Positions 20,006 to 30,373 of a stretch of 64,000 bases of DNA are shown here, one piece after another. A program made the position numbers and the translations under genes. A model generated the notes under the pieces. It was not told the origin of the DNA and did not search any database. It worked only from the letters and a program-made list of their open reading frames with translations. How positions within the stretch are numbered: position 1 is the stretch's first letter; the number at the start of each line of letters is the position of its first letter. Origin of the DNA: an uncultured Nitrospirales bacterium (GTDB lineage: Bacteria > Hydrogenedentota > Hydrogenedentia > Hydrogenedentales > Hydrogenedentaceae); contig CAZJTZ010000001.1 of the NCBI GenBank assembly GCA_964549105.1, forward strand, positions 284,632-348,631, read 5' to 3'.

Positions 20006-20690
20006 TTTCGATTTCCTCAATAATTTGGTCAAAAGCGGCTTGTGGGTTATTTGCTTTTAGAATAGGACGGGCAAGAACTAACATATTGGCACCGGAACGG
20101 ATTGCTTCAGAAGGAGTCATAACCCGCATCTGGTCGTGAGTCTCTGACGCCCATGTAGGACGGACACCAGGTGTAATTAGCAAAAAATCATTGCCTATTT
20201 TTTTTCTCAAAAGGGAAATCTCCATCGGAGAACATACAATCCCATGGGCTCCGGCTAAAAGTGCCATATTTGCAAGGTTAAGGACAGCATCCTCTAATTT
20301 CCATACGATACCCAATTCTTTTTGAATTTGCTCTTCATTATGACTTGTCAGAATAGTAACGGCAATGATTTTTACAGGGGTTCCTATAACTGCCTCGCTT
20401 GCACATTTAATCATTTGACTTCCACCCAAAGCATGGACCGTCAACATATCTACCCCTAAATCACGGGCTGCACTTACCGCATTTTTCACGGTATTCGGTA
20501 TATCATGATATTTTAAGTCAAGGAATATTTTCTTTTTCCGTTCTTTGAGCAGGGATAGAGATTGATGACCCCAACGAGTAAATAATTGGCTACCGACTTT
20601 GAACCAAGCACATTGGGGACACAAATCAAGAATCCGCTTAACATCATCCATAGTATCAACATCCAGCCCTAAAATAACCTTATCTAACAT
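19998..20690 (-). CDS. pyrF: Orotidine-5'-phosphate decarboxylase.
   Basis: OMPdecase active-site motif FLDLKYHDIPNTV. N-terminal GLDVD. Confidence 0.9.
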   Translation of the reverse strand: MLDKVILGLDVDTMDDVKRILDLCPQCAWFKVGSQLFTRWGHQSLSLLKERKKKIFLDLKYHDIPNTVKNAVSAARDLGVDMLTVHALGGSQMIKCASEAVIGTPVKIIAVTILTSHNEEQIQKELGIVWKLEDAVLNLANMALLAGAHGIVCSPMEISLLRKKIGNDFLLITPGVRPTWASETHDQMRVMTPSEAIRSGANMLVLARPILKANNPQAAFDQIIEEIENE

Positions 20691-20714
20691 ATATACACTT
20701 TCTAAACCATTGAT

Positions 20715-21647
20715 TTAATTTATTTTTACAGTACCAACAAGTTTATTAATATCCTCAATATTGTTTGAAATACAATAGTCATGTAGACCCTGTATAATTC
20801 GGATAGGGGCAAGGGGGTCTCGAAATAGATAAGAACCTACTGCAATGGCTTTTGCTCCAGCGATTATGAATTCTAAAGCATCTGAGGTAGAGCAAATGCC
20901 ACCCATTCCTATTACGGGAATTTTTACCGTTCTACTAACATCCCAGACCATTTTTACGGCTACAGGCCGAATGGCAGGTCCACTCAGTCCACCTACAACA
21001 TTTTTCAATCGGGGCTTACGGGTTTCAGTATTTATAGACATTCCAAGCAAGGTATTTATAATAGAGATAGCATCCGCACCGCCTTTTTCTGCGGCTAAAG
21101 CAGGCTCGGTTATATCTGTAATGTTTGGAGTAAGTTTGACAATGAGAGGTAATTTTATTTTTGAACGGACAGCAGAGGTATATTTTTCGACCCATTCTGA
21201 GGATTGTGCAATCAGGGGACACTTGTATTTATTGAGGGCATTATGGACATTGGGACAGGAGAGATTCATTTCAATTGCATCGGCTCCCCCTTCCTTTTCC
21301 AACCGTTCTGCTAATTGTTCATATTCCTCAATAGAAGTTCCATAGATGTTTGCAATAATGGTGCAACTTTTTTCTCGTAAAAAGGGAAGTTTTTCTTTCA
21401 AATATGTTTCTATTCCGACATTTTGTAAACCAATCGCATTTAACATTCCCGCAGGTGTTTCTACAAGTCGTGGAGGTGGATTTCCCAGACGAGGTTGTAG
21501 CGTAAGACTTTTTACAGTTACTGCACCCAATTGGGATATGTCAAAATATTCCGAATACTCTTCGCCATAACCGAATGTTCCTGAAGCCACAATTACAGGA
21601 TTCTTTAATGTTAGATTTCCAATAGATACTTGAAGATTTACATCCAT
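20715..21647 (-). CDS. pyrD: Dihydroorotate dehydrogenase, catalytic subunit (class 1B).
   Basis: NLSCPN active-site loop, a GGI…SG FMN-binding C-terminus, and 310 aa. Confidence 0.9.
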   Translation of the reverse strand: MDVNLQVSIGNLTLKNPVIVASGTFGYGEEYSEYFDISQLGAVTVKSLTLQPRLGNPPPRLVETPAGMLNAIGLQNVGIETYLKEKLPFLREKSCTIIANIYGTSIEEYEQLAERLEKEGGADAIEMNLSCPNVHNALNKYKCPLIAQSSEWVEKYTSAVRSKIKLPLIVKLTPNITDITEPALAAEKGGADAISIINTLLGMSINTETRKPRLKNVVGGLSGPAIRPVAVKMVWDVSRTVKIPVIGMGGICSTSDALEFIIAGAKAIAVGSYLFRDPLAPIRIIQGLHDYCISNNIEDINKLVGTVKIN

Positions 21648-21648
21648 T

Positions 21649-22449
21649 TTATTTTTCTCCGATTTTTTCCCAGAGAATTAGTTGTGTATCGAAAACAGGC
21701 CCTTCTTTGCAGACGCGTGCCATCATTTCGTGTTCTATCTCCATTTTTGCAGGAACAACGCAACCCAGGCACACTCCTTCACCACAAGCCATTTCCGCTT
21801 CTAATGACGCATAACAAAGCCAATTTCGTTGTGTACAAATTTCGTGAACTTTTTTAATCATAGGCAAGGGTCCACAGGTATATACAAGTGTTTTCTCCGT
21901 TTGTTCCAGAGATTGTAACAAATCTGTAGCAAGTCCTTTATAGCCTGCGCTACCATCTTCAGTAGCCAGATGCAATTTACACCCCATCTGACGAAAATCT
22001 TTCTCACATAATAAATGATTAAAATCTTTACCTGCTAAAATAATTTCAGGTGCCATTCCGCGAAGATTCAATATTTTTTCTACAAGTGCAGGAAAAGGAG
22101 CCACACCGATTCCTCCTGCTATAATAAAATAATGTTGATAATCCAATGGTATAGGGAATGAATTTCCTAAAGGACCCTGCACATTTATCTTTTCTCCTGC
22201 AGATAAAGTAGACAGTAATTTTGTGCCTTCACCACAGACCTTATACAGGATAGAGATACTATCAGAAAATATGCGTTCAATAGACATGGGTCTTCGTAAA
22301 AAAGGATAATATCCCGGAGAGACTTCTATCATAAGGAATTGCCCGGGAGAGACTTGACTTGCAAGTTCTTTGTTTTGAAGCACCAGCCGATAATGATTGG
22401 GAGCCACTGAATTATGCAGGGTTATGATACACTCATGGAGTTTATTCAT
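21649..22449 (-). CDS. pyrK: Dihydroorotate dehydrogenase electron-transfer subunit (FAD/2Fe-2S).
   Basis: C-terminal cysteine cluster CGEGVCLGC…C. Ferredoxin-reductase-like fold. Located immediately upstream of pyrD. Confidence 0.85.
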   Translation of the reverse strand: MNKLHECIITLHNSVAPNHYRLVLQNKELASQVSPGQFLMIEVSPGYYPFLRRPMSIERIFSDSISILYKVCGEGTKLLSTLSAGEKINVQGPLGNSFPIPLDYQHYFIIAGGIGVAPFPALVEKILNLRGMAPEIILAGKDFNHLLCEKDFRQMGCKLHLATEDGSAGYKGLATDLLQSLEQTEKTLVYTCGPLPMIKKVHEICTQRNWLCYASLEAEMACGEGVCLGCVVPAKMEIEHEMMARVCKEGPVFDTQLILWEKIGEK

Positions 22450-22450
22450 A

Positions 22451-23527
22451 TTACCTCCGAATTTCTAATCCCATTTGACTTCTTAATAAATTTAGACTTC
22501 CACGAATTCTTTCTGCCAGAATATCTCCGATACCCTCTGTATCCATCAAATCTTCCTTAGAGGCATGAAGAATTTGTTTGAGTCCTCCAAATTTTGAGAC
22601 CAAATTTTCTATTAATGGAGAGGGAAACCTATGTGTCATCACTAAAATCCGATAGCCTCGTGGCGTTAAATAAGTATCCACCGAACGAAGATTTGAGCCA
22701 TATCCTAAAATCTGACTTATGTTCCCGAGGTCTATTAATTCTTCTTGTGATAAAGCATGAATTTTTTCTTGAACAGTATTATAATCGAATCCCGGTCGTT
22801 CACGGTAGTAATCTTTTATTACTAATTCTGCTTCAGGGACAGGAACTAATAACTCTTTAAGTTGCATTTGTATCAATCTTCCTTCCGTGCCCAGTTCAAG
22901 GATAATTGGCTCTAACTCATCTGCAAGCCTTAAAACAACCTGTATTCTTTGAATGGTTTTACATACATCAAAAATGGTAACAATATCCTGAAATTCACGA
23001 ATAGTTAAATCTTGAAGTGATTGGTTCATAGTAACCAGAAATTTTTCAATAGCCTGTAATGACTGCATTGCACGACTAAGCAATGTAGGCAAAGATGTTA
23101 ATATATGTTTTCGGTCTTTTACATAAAGGGTGATAGAAGAACGTCTCTGTGATACGGCAACGACGATGCAGTGGGCTTGTTGAGACATCCTTTGTGCAAC
23201 ACGATGCCGTGTTCCTGTTTCGTCAGACGGTATTTTGGCATTGGGTTTTAAAAAACGATTTGCATACAAAATCCGTGTACCATCGGAATTGAGGATAATA
23301 GCACCATCCATCTTTGATAATTCATAAATCAATTGGGGTTTTAGTTCTTCATTTAACGCAACTCCGCCTTCTGAAAATTGTGACAGTTTTCGTGGCTCAC
23401 CAAAACAAAGTAGAGCACCCATCCTACTCTGAATAATAGCGGATAGGGCTTCACCCACTTTACTTCCCGGAGCAACCATTTGCAAGGCTTTTTTAAACAT
23501 TCCTTCTGTGTCCGGAATATTGCTCAT
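22451..23527 (-). CDS. disA: DNA integrity scanning protein DisA (diadenylate cyclase + HhH DNA-binding domain).
   Basis: DAC-domain motifs DGAIIL and GTRHRVAQR, and a C-terminal HhH region. Start placed at the ATG at 23527 (SD GGGAGA upstream). The ORF track's longer start is 23548. Overlaps radA by about 35 nt. Confidence 0.85.
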   Translation of the reverse strand: MSNIPDTEGMFKKALQMVAPGSKVGEALSAIIQSRMGALLCFGEPRKLSQFSEGGVALNEELKPQLIYELSKMDGAIILNSDGTRILYANRFLKPNAKIPSDETGTRHRVAQRMSQQAHCIVVAVSQRRSSITLYVKDRKHILTSLPTLLSRAMQSLQAIEKFLVTMNQSLQDLTIREFQDIVTIFDVCKTIQRIQVVLRLADELEPIILELGTEGRLIQMQLKELLVPVPEAELVIKDYYRERPGFDYNTVQEKIHALSQEELIDLGNISQILGYGSNLRSVDTYLTPRGYRILVMTHRFPSPLIENLVSKFGGLKQILHASKEDLMDTEGIGDILAERIRGSLNLLRSQMGLEIRR

Positions 23528-24899
23528 AGGTCTTCTCCCGTTTATCAAATAATTTGTTTAGTTCATTTACATTTTCTAATGAAATAATCTGGTGATTATC
23601 AAAAATTTCTGGGATGTCAGAGGGTTCATTTCTTGGTGTTATAGATGTCTTGAAACCAAATTTTGCAACCTCGTTAAGACGAATCCGTGTCCCGTTCACA
23701 CGCCGAATCTCACCTGCTAAGCCAACTTCACCAAAAGCAATCCAATGAGAATCTAATGGAAAATCCCAAAAACTGGATAGTAAAGCAATTAGAACAGGTA
23801 AATCAACTGCTGTTTCGTCAACAAACACACCACCCGCAACATTAACAAAAATGTCTAAATCAGAGAGATAAATACCTGCCTTCTTTTCAAGTATAGCGAC
23901 CAGCAAAGATACACGCTGGCTGTTTAATCCCATTACACCCCTTCGTGGTTGGGGAACTCTACTTTTTCCCACTAATGCCTGTATTTCTACCAGCAAAGGT
24001 CTAGAACCACCTATCATGGGGAACACAAGGGAACCGCTTACTCCAACAGGTCTCTCCTGTAAGAATACAGCACTCGGATTAGAAACTTCTCTTAATCCTT
24101 CACAACTCATTTCAAATACACCAATCTCCTGGGTGGAACCAAAACGGTTTTTAATTGCTCGTAATATCCGTAAAGATAATCTACCTTCTCCTTCAAAATA
24201 TAAAACTGTGTCTACGATATGTTCCAAAACTTTAGGCCCTGCAATATAACCTTCTTTAGTGATATGCCCAACGATAACCATAGGGATATCTTTTTCTTTG
24301 GCTTTCTGAACTAATTCAAAAGCACATTCTCGAACTTGAGTAACACTACCCGGAAGCGAATCTATATTAGGATTACTAATACTCTGGATTGAATCAATTA
24401 TTATCAATGAAAAATGATGTGCATCTATAGTCGAAAGTATATCGGATGTATCTGTGGACGCATATAGATATAGATTTTCATTGATAGCGTTGAGCCTTCG
24501 TGCCCTATCTTTAACCTGGCGAAACGATTCTTCTCCATGCACATACAGAACAGAACCGTTATTTTGCGCCCAATACCCGGCTATCTGTAGGACTAATGTT
24601 GATTTCCCGATTCCTGGCTCACCACTTATCAGCACCACATCTCCGGGAATGAAGCCTCCACCAATTACACGGTCAAACTCTTGAATGCCTGTTGGAATTT
24701 TTTGCGAAATATTTTCAAGTTGAGTATCAGTAATTAGAACGGGTTGTGAATTTTTAATTATATGTTTATTTTTAGAGGTATTTGTTGTAATCTGCTCCAA
24801 AAAAGAGTTCCAGGACTCACATTGTGGACAGCGTCCAAGCCATTTGGGTGAAACAAAGCCACAATCGGAACACTCATAAATTTTTTTTTCGCGTGTCAT
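23493..24899 (-). CDS. radA: DNA repair protein RadA/Sms.
   Basis: N-terminal zinc ribbon CSDCG…CPQC, Walker A GEPGIGKST, KNRFG motif, and a C-terminal Lon-protease-like domain. Confidence 0.9.
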   Translation of the reverse strand: MTREKKIYECSDCGFVSPKWLGRCPQCESWNSFLEQITTNTSKNKHIIKNSQPVLITDTQLENISQKIPTGIQEFDRVIGGGFIPGDVVLISGEPGIGKSTLVLQIAGYWAQNNGSVLYVHGEESFRQVKDRARRLNAINENLYLYASTDTSDILSTIDAHHFSLIIIDSIQSISNPNIDSLPGSVTQVRECAFELVQKAKEKDIPMVIVGHITKEGYIAGPKVLEHIVDTVLYFEGEGRLSLRILRAIKNRFGSTQEIGVFEMSCEGLREVSNPSAVFLQERPVGVSGSLVFPMIGGSRPLLVEIQALVGKSRVPQPRRGVMGLNSQRVSLLVAILEKKAGIYLSDLDIFVNVAGGVFVDETAVDLPVLIALLSSFWDFPLDSHWIAFGEVGLAGEIRRVNGTRIRLNEVAKFGFKTSITPRNEPSDIPEIFDNHQIISLENVNELNKLFDKREKTYEQYSGHRRNV

Positions 24900-25004
24900 A
24901 GTTGTAAAATCTTATTAACTTTATTTTATTCTTTATTTAAACATCATCTAAATAATAACGAAAGATAGTGTTATATCCCAACTTAGCAGAATAAAGGAAT
25001 AGGA

Positions 25005-26258
25005 ATGGAACAGTTATTTTTCTTATCCGAAGAGGAAGTTTTACACATTCAAAAGGAATTTGGAACCCCAATTTTTGTATATGATGAACAAATAATGTAT
25101 AAAATGGCAAAGAAAGTTTTGTCTTTCCCTGCCGCTTATGGTTTTACGGCTCGTTTTGCAATGAAAGCACTACCTACTCGCCGAATTTTGCAAAAATTTC
25201 ATGAATGGGGATTACATATTGACGCAAGCAGTGGTTATGAAGTAGAACGGGCTTTGTTGGCAGGGATTCCTCCTTCACATATACAGATTACTGCACAGGA
25301 AATACCCTACAACTTAAAATCTCTTATTGAAAAAGGCGTTTTATACAACGCGTGTTCCCTTCAACAATTGAAGGTTTATGGTGAATTATTTCCGGGAACA
25401 GAAATCTGTGTTCGAATAAACCCGGGGTTAGGTTCTGGTTCATCTAATCGGACAAATGTAGGTGGACCTTCATCAAGTTTTGGCATCTGGCATGAATATC
25501 TAAATCACATCTACGATATAGCAAATAAATATAATTTAAAAATTACAGGTATGCACACACATATCGGTTCGGGTTCAGACCCAGAAGTATGGTTGCATTG
25601 TGCACACCTGGCGTTAGAAACAGCAGCAAAGATGCCAGAAGTTACAAGAATTAGTCTTGGAGGTGGATACAAAGTAGCACGAATGCCAGATGAAAAAACA
25701 GCAGATTTGCATAAGATAGGAGAAAGAATACTCCCAGCGTTTTATGATTTTGAGAAAAAGTATGAGAGAAAACTTCATTTAGAAATTGAGCCCGGAACTT
25801 ACCTCGTAGCAACTGCGGGTTCTCTTATATGCACTGTAATAGATGTTGTAGATACAGGACCCTCAGGTTACCGTTTTATTAAGATTAATTCAGGAATGAC
25901 AGAAAATATTAGACCTGCTATGTATGGGGCACTTCATCCCTTAATTGTAATACCCCAAGAAAAAAATAACCAGAGAGGGGAATATTATTACATTGTAGCA
26001 GGACACTGCTGTGAAAGTGGGGATACTTTCACTCCTCAGCGAGGGAATCCCGAAGGTTTAGAACCACGGAAACTTGTAGAAGCAAAAATTGGAGATGTCT
26101 TAGTAGTTGAAGGAACAGGTGCTTATTGTTCGAGTCAATCATGCAAAAATTACAACTCGTTCCCTGAATGTGGAGAGTTATTACGGAAAGCACCTTTCGA
26201 ATTTGAATGGATTAGAAAGCCACAAGCATTAGAACAAATGGTTCAAAACGAGTTGTAA
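25005..26258 (+). CDS. PLP-dependent decarboxylase of the Orn/DAP/Arg decarboxylase family 2 (alanine-racemase fold), divergent LysA-like.
   Basis: N-terminal PLP-lysine region FAMKALP, a glycine-rich HIGSG loop, and a C-terminal GHCCESGD motif. The usual EPGR motif reads EPGT here. Confidence 0.7.
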   Translation: MEQLFFLSEEEVLHIQKEFGTPIFVYDEQIMYKMAKKVLSFPAAYGFTARFAMKALPTRRILQKFHEWGLHIDASSGYEVERALLAGIPPSHIQITAQEIPYNLKSLIEKGVLYNACSLQQLKVYGELFPGTEICVRINPGLGSGSSNRTNVGGPSSSFGIWHEYLNHIYDIANKYNLKITGMHTHIGSGSDPEVWLHCAHLALETAAKMPEVTRISLGGGYKVARMPDEKTADLHKIGERILPAFYDFEKKYERKLHLEIEPGTYLVATAGSLICTVIDVVDTGPSGYRFIKINSGMTENIRPAMYGALHPLIVIPQEKNNQRGEYYYIVAGHCCESGDTFTPQRGNPEGLEPRKLVEAKIGDVLVVEGTGAYCSSQSCKNYNSFPECGELLRKAPFEFEWIRKPQALEQMVQNEL

Positions 26259-26276
26259 AATTATTAGGAGAAACTA

Positions 26277-27056
26277 ATGAGCAACTTAACTGCATTAATT
26301 ACAGGGGGCAGTAAGGGGATTGGAAAAGGGATTGCTACTGCTCTAGCGCAACAGGGTTATAATATTGTAGCCATTGCGCGAAACTATGAAGGACTTCAAA
26401 AATTAAAAGAAGAAATTGAAACCCATTCAAATGTAGTTTGTTATCCTTTTTCTCTAGATATTGGCAACCTTGAAGAACAAAAAAGGTGGTTTTCAAATGA
26501 ATTTTTGAAGTTGCCTGAAATTGATTTATTAGTCAATAATGCAGGAATTGCACCTGAACGCCGTGCAGATATTCTTGAATGCTCAATTGAAAGTTATGAT
26601 AAATTATTAAACACAAATTTGAGAGGTCCTTTTTTCTTTACGCAAAAAATAGCACAACGGATGATAGATACATTAACAAAAAATACAAAAAAAGACTATA
26701 AACCACGAATTGTTTTCATTACGAGCATATCCGCAGTAACCGCTTCGCTTAATCGTGCAGAATATTGCATTAGCAAGGCTGGATTGAGTATGGCGGCACA
26801 ACTTTATGCAGTGCGACTTGCCGAATATGACATTCCCGTGTTTGAAATCCGTCCCGGGATAGTCATGACAGATATGACAGAACCTGTCCGTGCGAAATAC
26901 GATGAACTTATTCGACAAGGAGTATTGTTACAAAAGCGGTGGGGAATACCGGAAGACATAGCAAAGTGCGTCAAGGCTATTGCAGACGGGCTTTTTGATT
27001 ATGCCACAGGCTCCATATTTGAAATCAATGGTGGTTTTAGTGTACCGAGGTTATGA
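26277..27056 (+). CDS. Short-chain dehydrogenase/reductase (SDR).
   Basis: Rossmann TGGSKGIGKGIA, NNAG, and catalytic YCISKAGL (Y-x-x-x-K). Confidence 0.85.
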   Translation: MSNLTALITGGSKGIGKGIATALAQQGYNIVAIARNYEGLQKLKEEIETHSNVVCYPFSLDIGNLEEQKRWFSNEFLKLPEIDLLVNNAGIAPERRADILECSIESYDKLLNTNLRGPFFFTQKIAQRMIDTLTKNTKKDYKPRIVFITSISAVTASLNRAEYCISKAGLSMAAQLYAVRLAEYDIPVFEIRPGIVMTDMTEPVRAKYDELIRQGVLLQKRWGIPEDIAKCVKAIADGLFDYATGSIFEINGGFSVPRL

Positions 27057-27062
27057 TGTTTT

Positions 27063-27728
27063 ATGGTTATTAAGAGACATGAATTATCAAGAATGATTGA
27101 CCATACTTTACTTCATTCTTATGCAAAAGAGGACGATATTCGGATTTTGTGCCAGGAGGCTATAGAAAATAATTTCTATGCCGTTACTGTCAATCCCACA
27201 TGGGCTAAATTATGTGCTCAATTATTGAGAGATACCCCTGTCAAAGTTGATGTGAGCATTGGCTTTCCATTAGGCGCTACAACAGCCTACATTAAAGTTT
27301 CTGAAACAGCAGAAGCCATAAAAAATGGTGCCCAGGAAATTAATATGGTCATTAACATTGGAGCACTTAAATCAGGTTTTACTGCGTATGTAGAAAAGGA
27401 AATTGAGGCAGTAGTAAAAACTGCCAAGAATGTTCCTGTAACAGCAATTTTAGAAACAAGTTTCTTAACCGACGATGAAAAATTTGAGGTATGTGAAATA
27501 GCAATACGAACAGGTACCGCATTTGTGCAAACTTCAACGGGGTATGGAATAAAAGGGGCTACTGTCGAGGATATAGAGTTTTTACATAAGGCGGTTGGAA
27601 ACCTTCTGGGTATCAAGGCAGCAGGAGGCATACGGACTTATGGAAAAGCGGCTGTTATGATTGAAGCAGGTGCCAATCGGATAGGCACAAGCACAAGTTT
27701 AGATGTGATACAAGACGCACCACTATAA
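27063..27728 (+). CDS. deoC: Deoxyribose-phosphate aldolase family (DeoC-like class I aldolase).
   Basis: IDHTLL start, VSIGFPLG, KVILETS-type segment (AILETS), and the Schiff-base lysine context IKAAGGIRT. Confidence 0.75.
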   Translation: MVIKRHELSRMIDHTLLHSYAKEDDIRILCQEAIENNFYAVTVNPTWAKLCAQLLRDTPVKVDVSIGFPLGATTAYIKVSETAEAIKNGAQEINMVINIGALKSGFTAYVEKEIEAVVKTAKNVPVTAILETSFLTDDEKFEVCEIAIRTGTAFVQTSTGYGIKGATVEDIEFLHKAVGNLLGIKAAGGIRTYGKAAVMIEAGANRIGTSTSLDVIQDAPL

Positions 27729-27778
27729 TTCTTGGATTGAATATTAAAATCTAATACAAAGATATAGGAGTATGAAAT

Positions 27779-28270
27779 ATGGATGCGATAGAAGCAATTA
27801 GAAAAAGGCGTGCTGTCAGAAAATACCTTGATAAAGAGGTATCAAGAGAATTATTAGAAACCATAGTAGATTGCGGCAGGCTTGCAGCAACAGCAAGGAA
27901 TGAACAGCCCTGGGAATTTATTGTAATTATAGACAAGGAACTAAAAAAGAGTGTGGCTGACCAAACAGACAATGGTAGGTTTATTAGTGAAGCAGGTGCT
28001 TGCATAGCGGTTGTATGTAAGGACACAAAATATTATATTGAAGATGGTTCGGCTGCAACACAAAACATGCTCGTTGCTGCAGCGGCTTTAGGGCTGGGTT
28101 CATGCTGGGTTGCTGGCGATAAAAAGCCTTATTGCTCGTCTATTTTGGAACTACTTAATGTTCCTTCATCGTATCGTTTAGTTAGTTTAGTTGCGATTGG
28201 ATACGCTGAATCTATTCCATCTCCACATAAGAGAAGTCTAAATGATGTTCTGCACTGGAATTCATTTTAA
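27779..28270 (+). CDS. Nitroreductase family protein (FMN-dependent).
   Basis: AIRKRRAVRKY N-terminus, 163 aa, nitroreductase fold pattern. Confidence 0.75.
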   Translation: MDAIEAIRKRRAVRKYLDKEVSRELLETIVDCGRLAATARNEQPWEFIVIIDKELKKSVADQTDNGRFISEAGACIAVVCKDTKYYIEDGSAATQNMLVAAAALGLGSCWVAGDKKPYCSSILELLNVPSSYRLVSLVAIGYAESIPSPHKRSLNDVLHWNSF

Positions 28271-28295
28271 CTGTTCTTAAATTCTTTATATCTTT

Positions 28296-30320
28296 TTACT
28301 GGTTGTGCTTGGAAGTTTTAAGGTATCTGTCAAAATATTCATAAGTAGCATATTGGGCACGTACTGTGCCTTTCCCATGCTCGACATAACGGTTTGTTTG
28401 CCGTTCATCTAATATACGTGCTTTAACATTATCATGGATTTGAAAGGACATCATATCCAGGACTTGCTGTTTTAACTCAAGGGCAAGGACGGGAAAGGCA
28501 CATTCAACTCGATAGTCAAGGTTTCTTTCCATTAAATCGGCAGAGGCAAGATAAATATCGGATTGAGGTTCTTTGCCAAAAAGATAAACCCGCTGATGTT
28601 CTAAAAATCTGTCAAGGATAGAAATGGCATTGATATTGGGATGTGGACTCATAGCATAAGTAGTGCGAACAACCAGGTCAATATGGACACCTGCGTCTGC
28701 GGCTTCTCTAAGTTTTTTTATAATTTTTGTATCTGTAAGATGGTTCACTTTCAGGAAAATATATCCCTCTGCACCTTTATCCTTTTCCCGATTAATAAGT
28801 TTATTTAAAGATTTCCGAAGTGAAAATGGTGAAATCCATAAGTATTCAAAAGCGGGGGTAGTTAAAGGAGGTAAACCTGAACTCCGGTCCAGCAATTTGA
28901 AGGCGTCTTCTACTTCATCGGTAATTTGTGGATTGGATGTGAGCAAAATGCTATCAACATATTGCTGTGCTGTCTTTTCATTAAAGTTTCCCGTGGATAT
29001 TCCGACAAAACTCCTATCTTTCCGTTTTATAAGTAAAATTTTTGCATGGACTTTCATTGGTGGAACACCATAAGTTACTCGAACTCCTGCTTCTGATAAT
29101 CGTTCTGCAATCTGGATATTTTGTTGCTCATCAAATCTCGCTTGAAGTTCTATGGATGCAAAAACTTTTTTCCCATTTCTTGCTGCATTAATTAACGCAT
29201 TAATAATCTTTGATTGATTCGCAACGCGGTAAATCGTTATCTTAATTTCTTCAACATTTGGGTCAATAGCCGACTCTCGAATTAAACGCTGAACATAGTC
29301 AAAAGACTGATAAGGATAGGTAAGCAGAATATCTTGCTTTTCTATAATATTTAACATCGGAGTTCGAAAACCCCTCAATAAAGGATGTTCCACAGAAGGT
29401 AAAGGTTCAAAAAGTAAATCTCGCCGTTTTGCAGGAAAGTTAATTAAATCTTTCATGTTGTGATAACGACCCCCTGCGATTACAGTGTCCTCTTCTGTAA
29501 CATTCAAATCTCTAAGTAATTTTTTACATAGTTTTTTGGGCATTTCCTCGTCATAATGAAAACGAGTCGGTCGTCCTCCCTTTCGTTGTTCCAGGAGTTT
29601 CCTCATTTTACGGATATAGCCCTCAGAAAAATCATTGTCAATATCCAGTTCCGCATCTCTTGATATTTTGAACTCATAAGCCTCAATATTTTCGAAAGGA
29701 AAGATATACAGAACATCTACCAAAAAAAGGCGAATCACATCATCTATATACGCAATGTTTCCACTGGGAAGTTCGACAAAGCGTGGAAGAGAGGAAGGTA
29801 TCTCAAGTATAGCATATTGTTTTTTATCCTGCATGTCCATTTGAATTGCAAAATATAATGCACCATCAATTAATGGTGGCAGAGGGACTTTGTCTTGCAA
29901 TATTACAGGTACAAGGGCATGCAAAATATCTTCTTTAAAATATTCAGATAACCATTTAAATTCTGAAGGTGATAATTCATACAAATCTTCTTTTGCTAAT
30001 ATTCGTATTCCATGATTTTCTAATTCTTTTGTAATAGTCTCATACGCTTGACGGAATCTTTCATCTAACTCGCGTGAAAATTCACCTATCACTTCTAACA
30101 AATAAGCCATCTTCTGTTCGCCTAATTCCAGCCGCCTCTGAACACTCGCCACGCGAACCTTAAAGAATTCATCCATATTTGATGAAAAAATGCCTAAAAA
30201 TTTTAACCGTTCTAAAAGAGGATTTCTTGAATCTTCCGCTTCTTGTAAGACACGTTCATTGAAAGATAAAACAGAAATTTCGCGTGTATAAAAAATTTTT
30301 TCTTTATTTAACATAAACAA
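28296..30320 (-). CDS. ppk: Polyphosphate kinase 1.
   Basis: A 674-aa protein with the PPK1 N-terminal signature (F-x-N-R-E-L-S-W-L-x-F-N-x-R-V-L-x-E-A; here YTREISVLSFNERVLQEAED) and two PLD-like HKD-type C-terminal domains. Confidence 0.9.
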   Translation of the reverse strand: MFMLNKEKIFYTREISVLSFNERVLQEAEDSRNPLLERLKFLGIFSSNMDEFFKVRVASVQRRLELGEQKMAYLLEVIGEFSRELDERFRQAYETITKELENHGIRILAKEDLYELSPSEFKWLSEYFKEDILHALVPVILQDKVPLPPLIDGALYFAIQMDMQDKKQYAILEIPSSLPRFVELPSGNIAYIDDVIRLFLVDVLYIFPFENIEAYEFKISRDAELDIDNDFSEGYIRKMRKLLEQRKGGRPTRFHYDEEMPKKLCKKLLRDLNVTEEDTVIAGGRYHNMKDLINFPAKRRDLLFEPLPSVEHPLLRGFRTPMLNIIEKQDILLTYPYQSFDYVQRLIRESAIDPNVEEIKITIYRVANQSKIINALINAARNGKKVFASIELQARFDEQQNIQIAERLSEAGVRVTYGVPPMKVHAKILLIKRKDRSFVGISTGNFNEKTAQQYVDSILLTSNPQITDEVEDAFKLLDRSSGLPPLTTPAFEYLWISPFSLRKSLNKLINREKDKGAEGYIFLKVNHLTDTKIIKKLREAADAGVHIDLVVRTTYAMSPHPNINAISILDRFLEHQRVYLFGKEPQSDIYLASADLMERNLDYRVECAFPVLALELKQQVLDMMSFQIHDNVKARILDERQTNRYVEHGKGTVRAQYATYEYFDRYLKTSKHNQ

Positions 30321-30373
30321 TTATTAGCAATTTAATTTTAATGTATTATTTATATCTGCTGTTTAAATATTTG

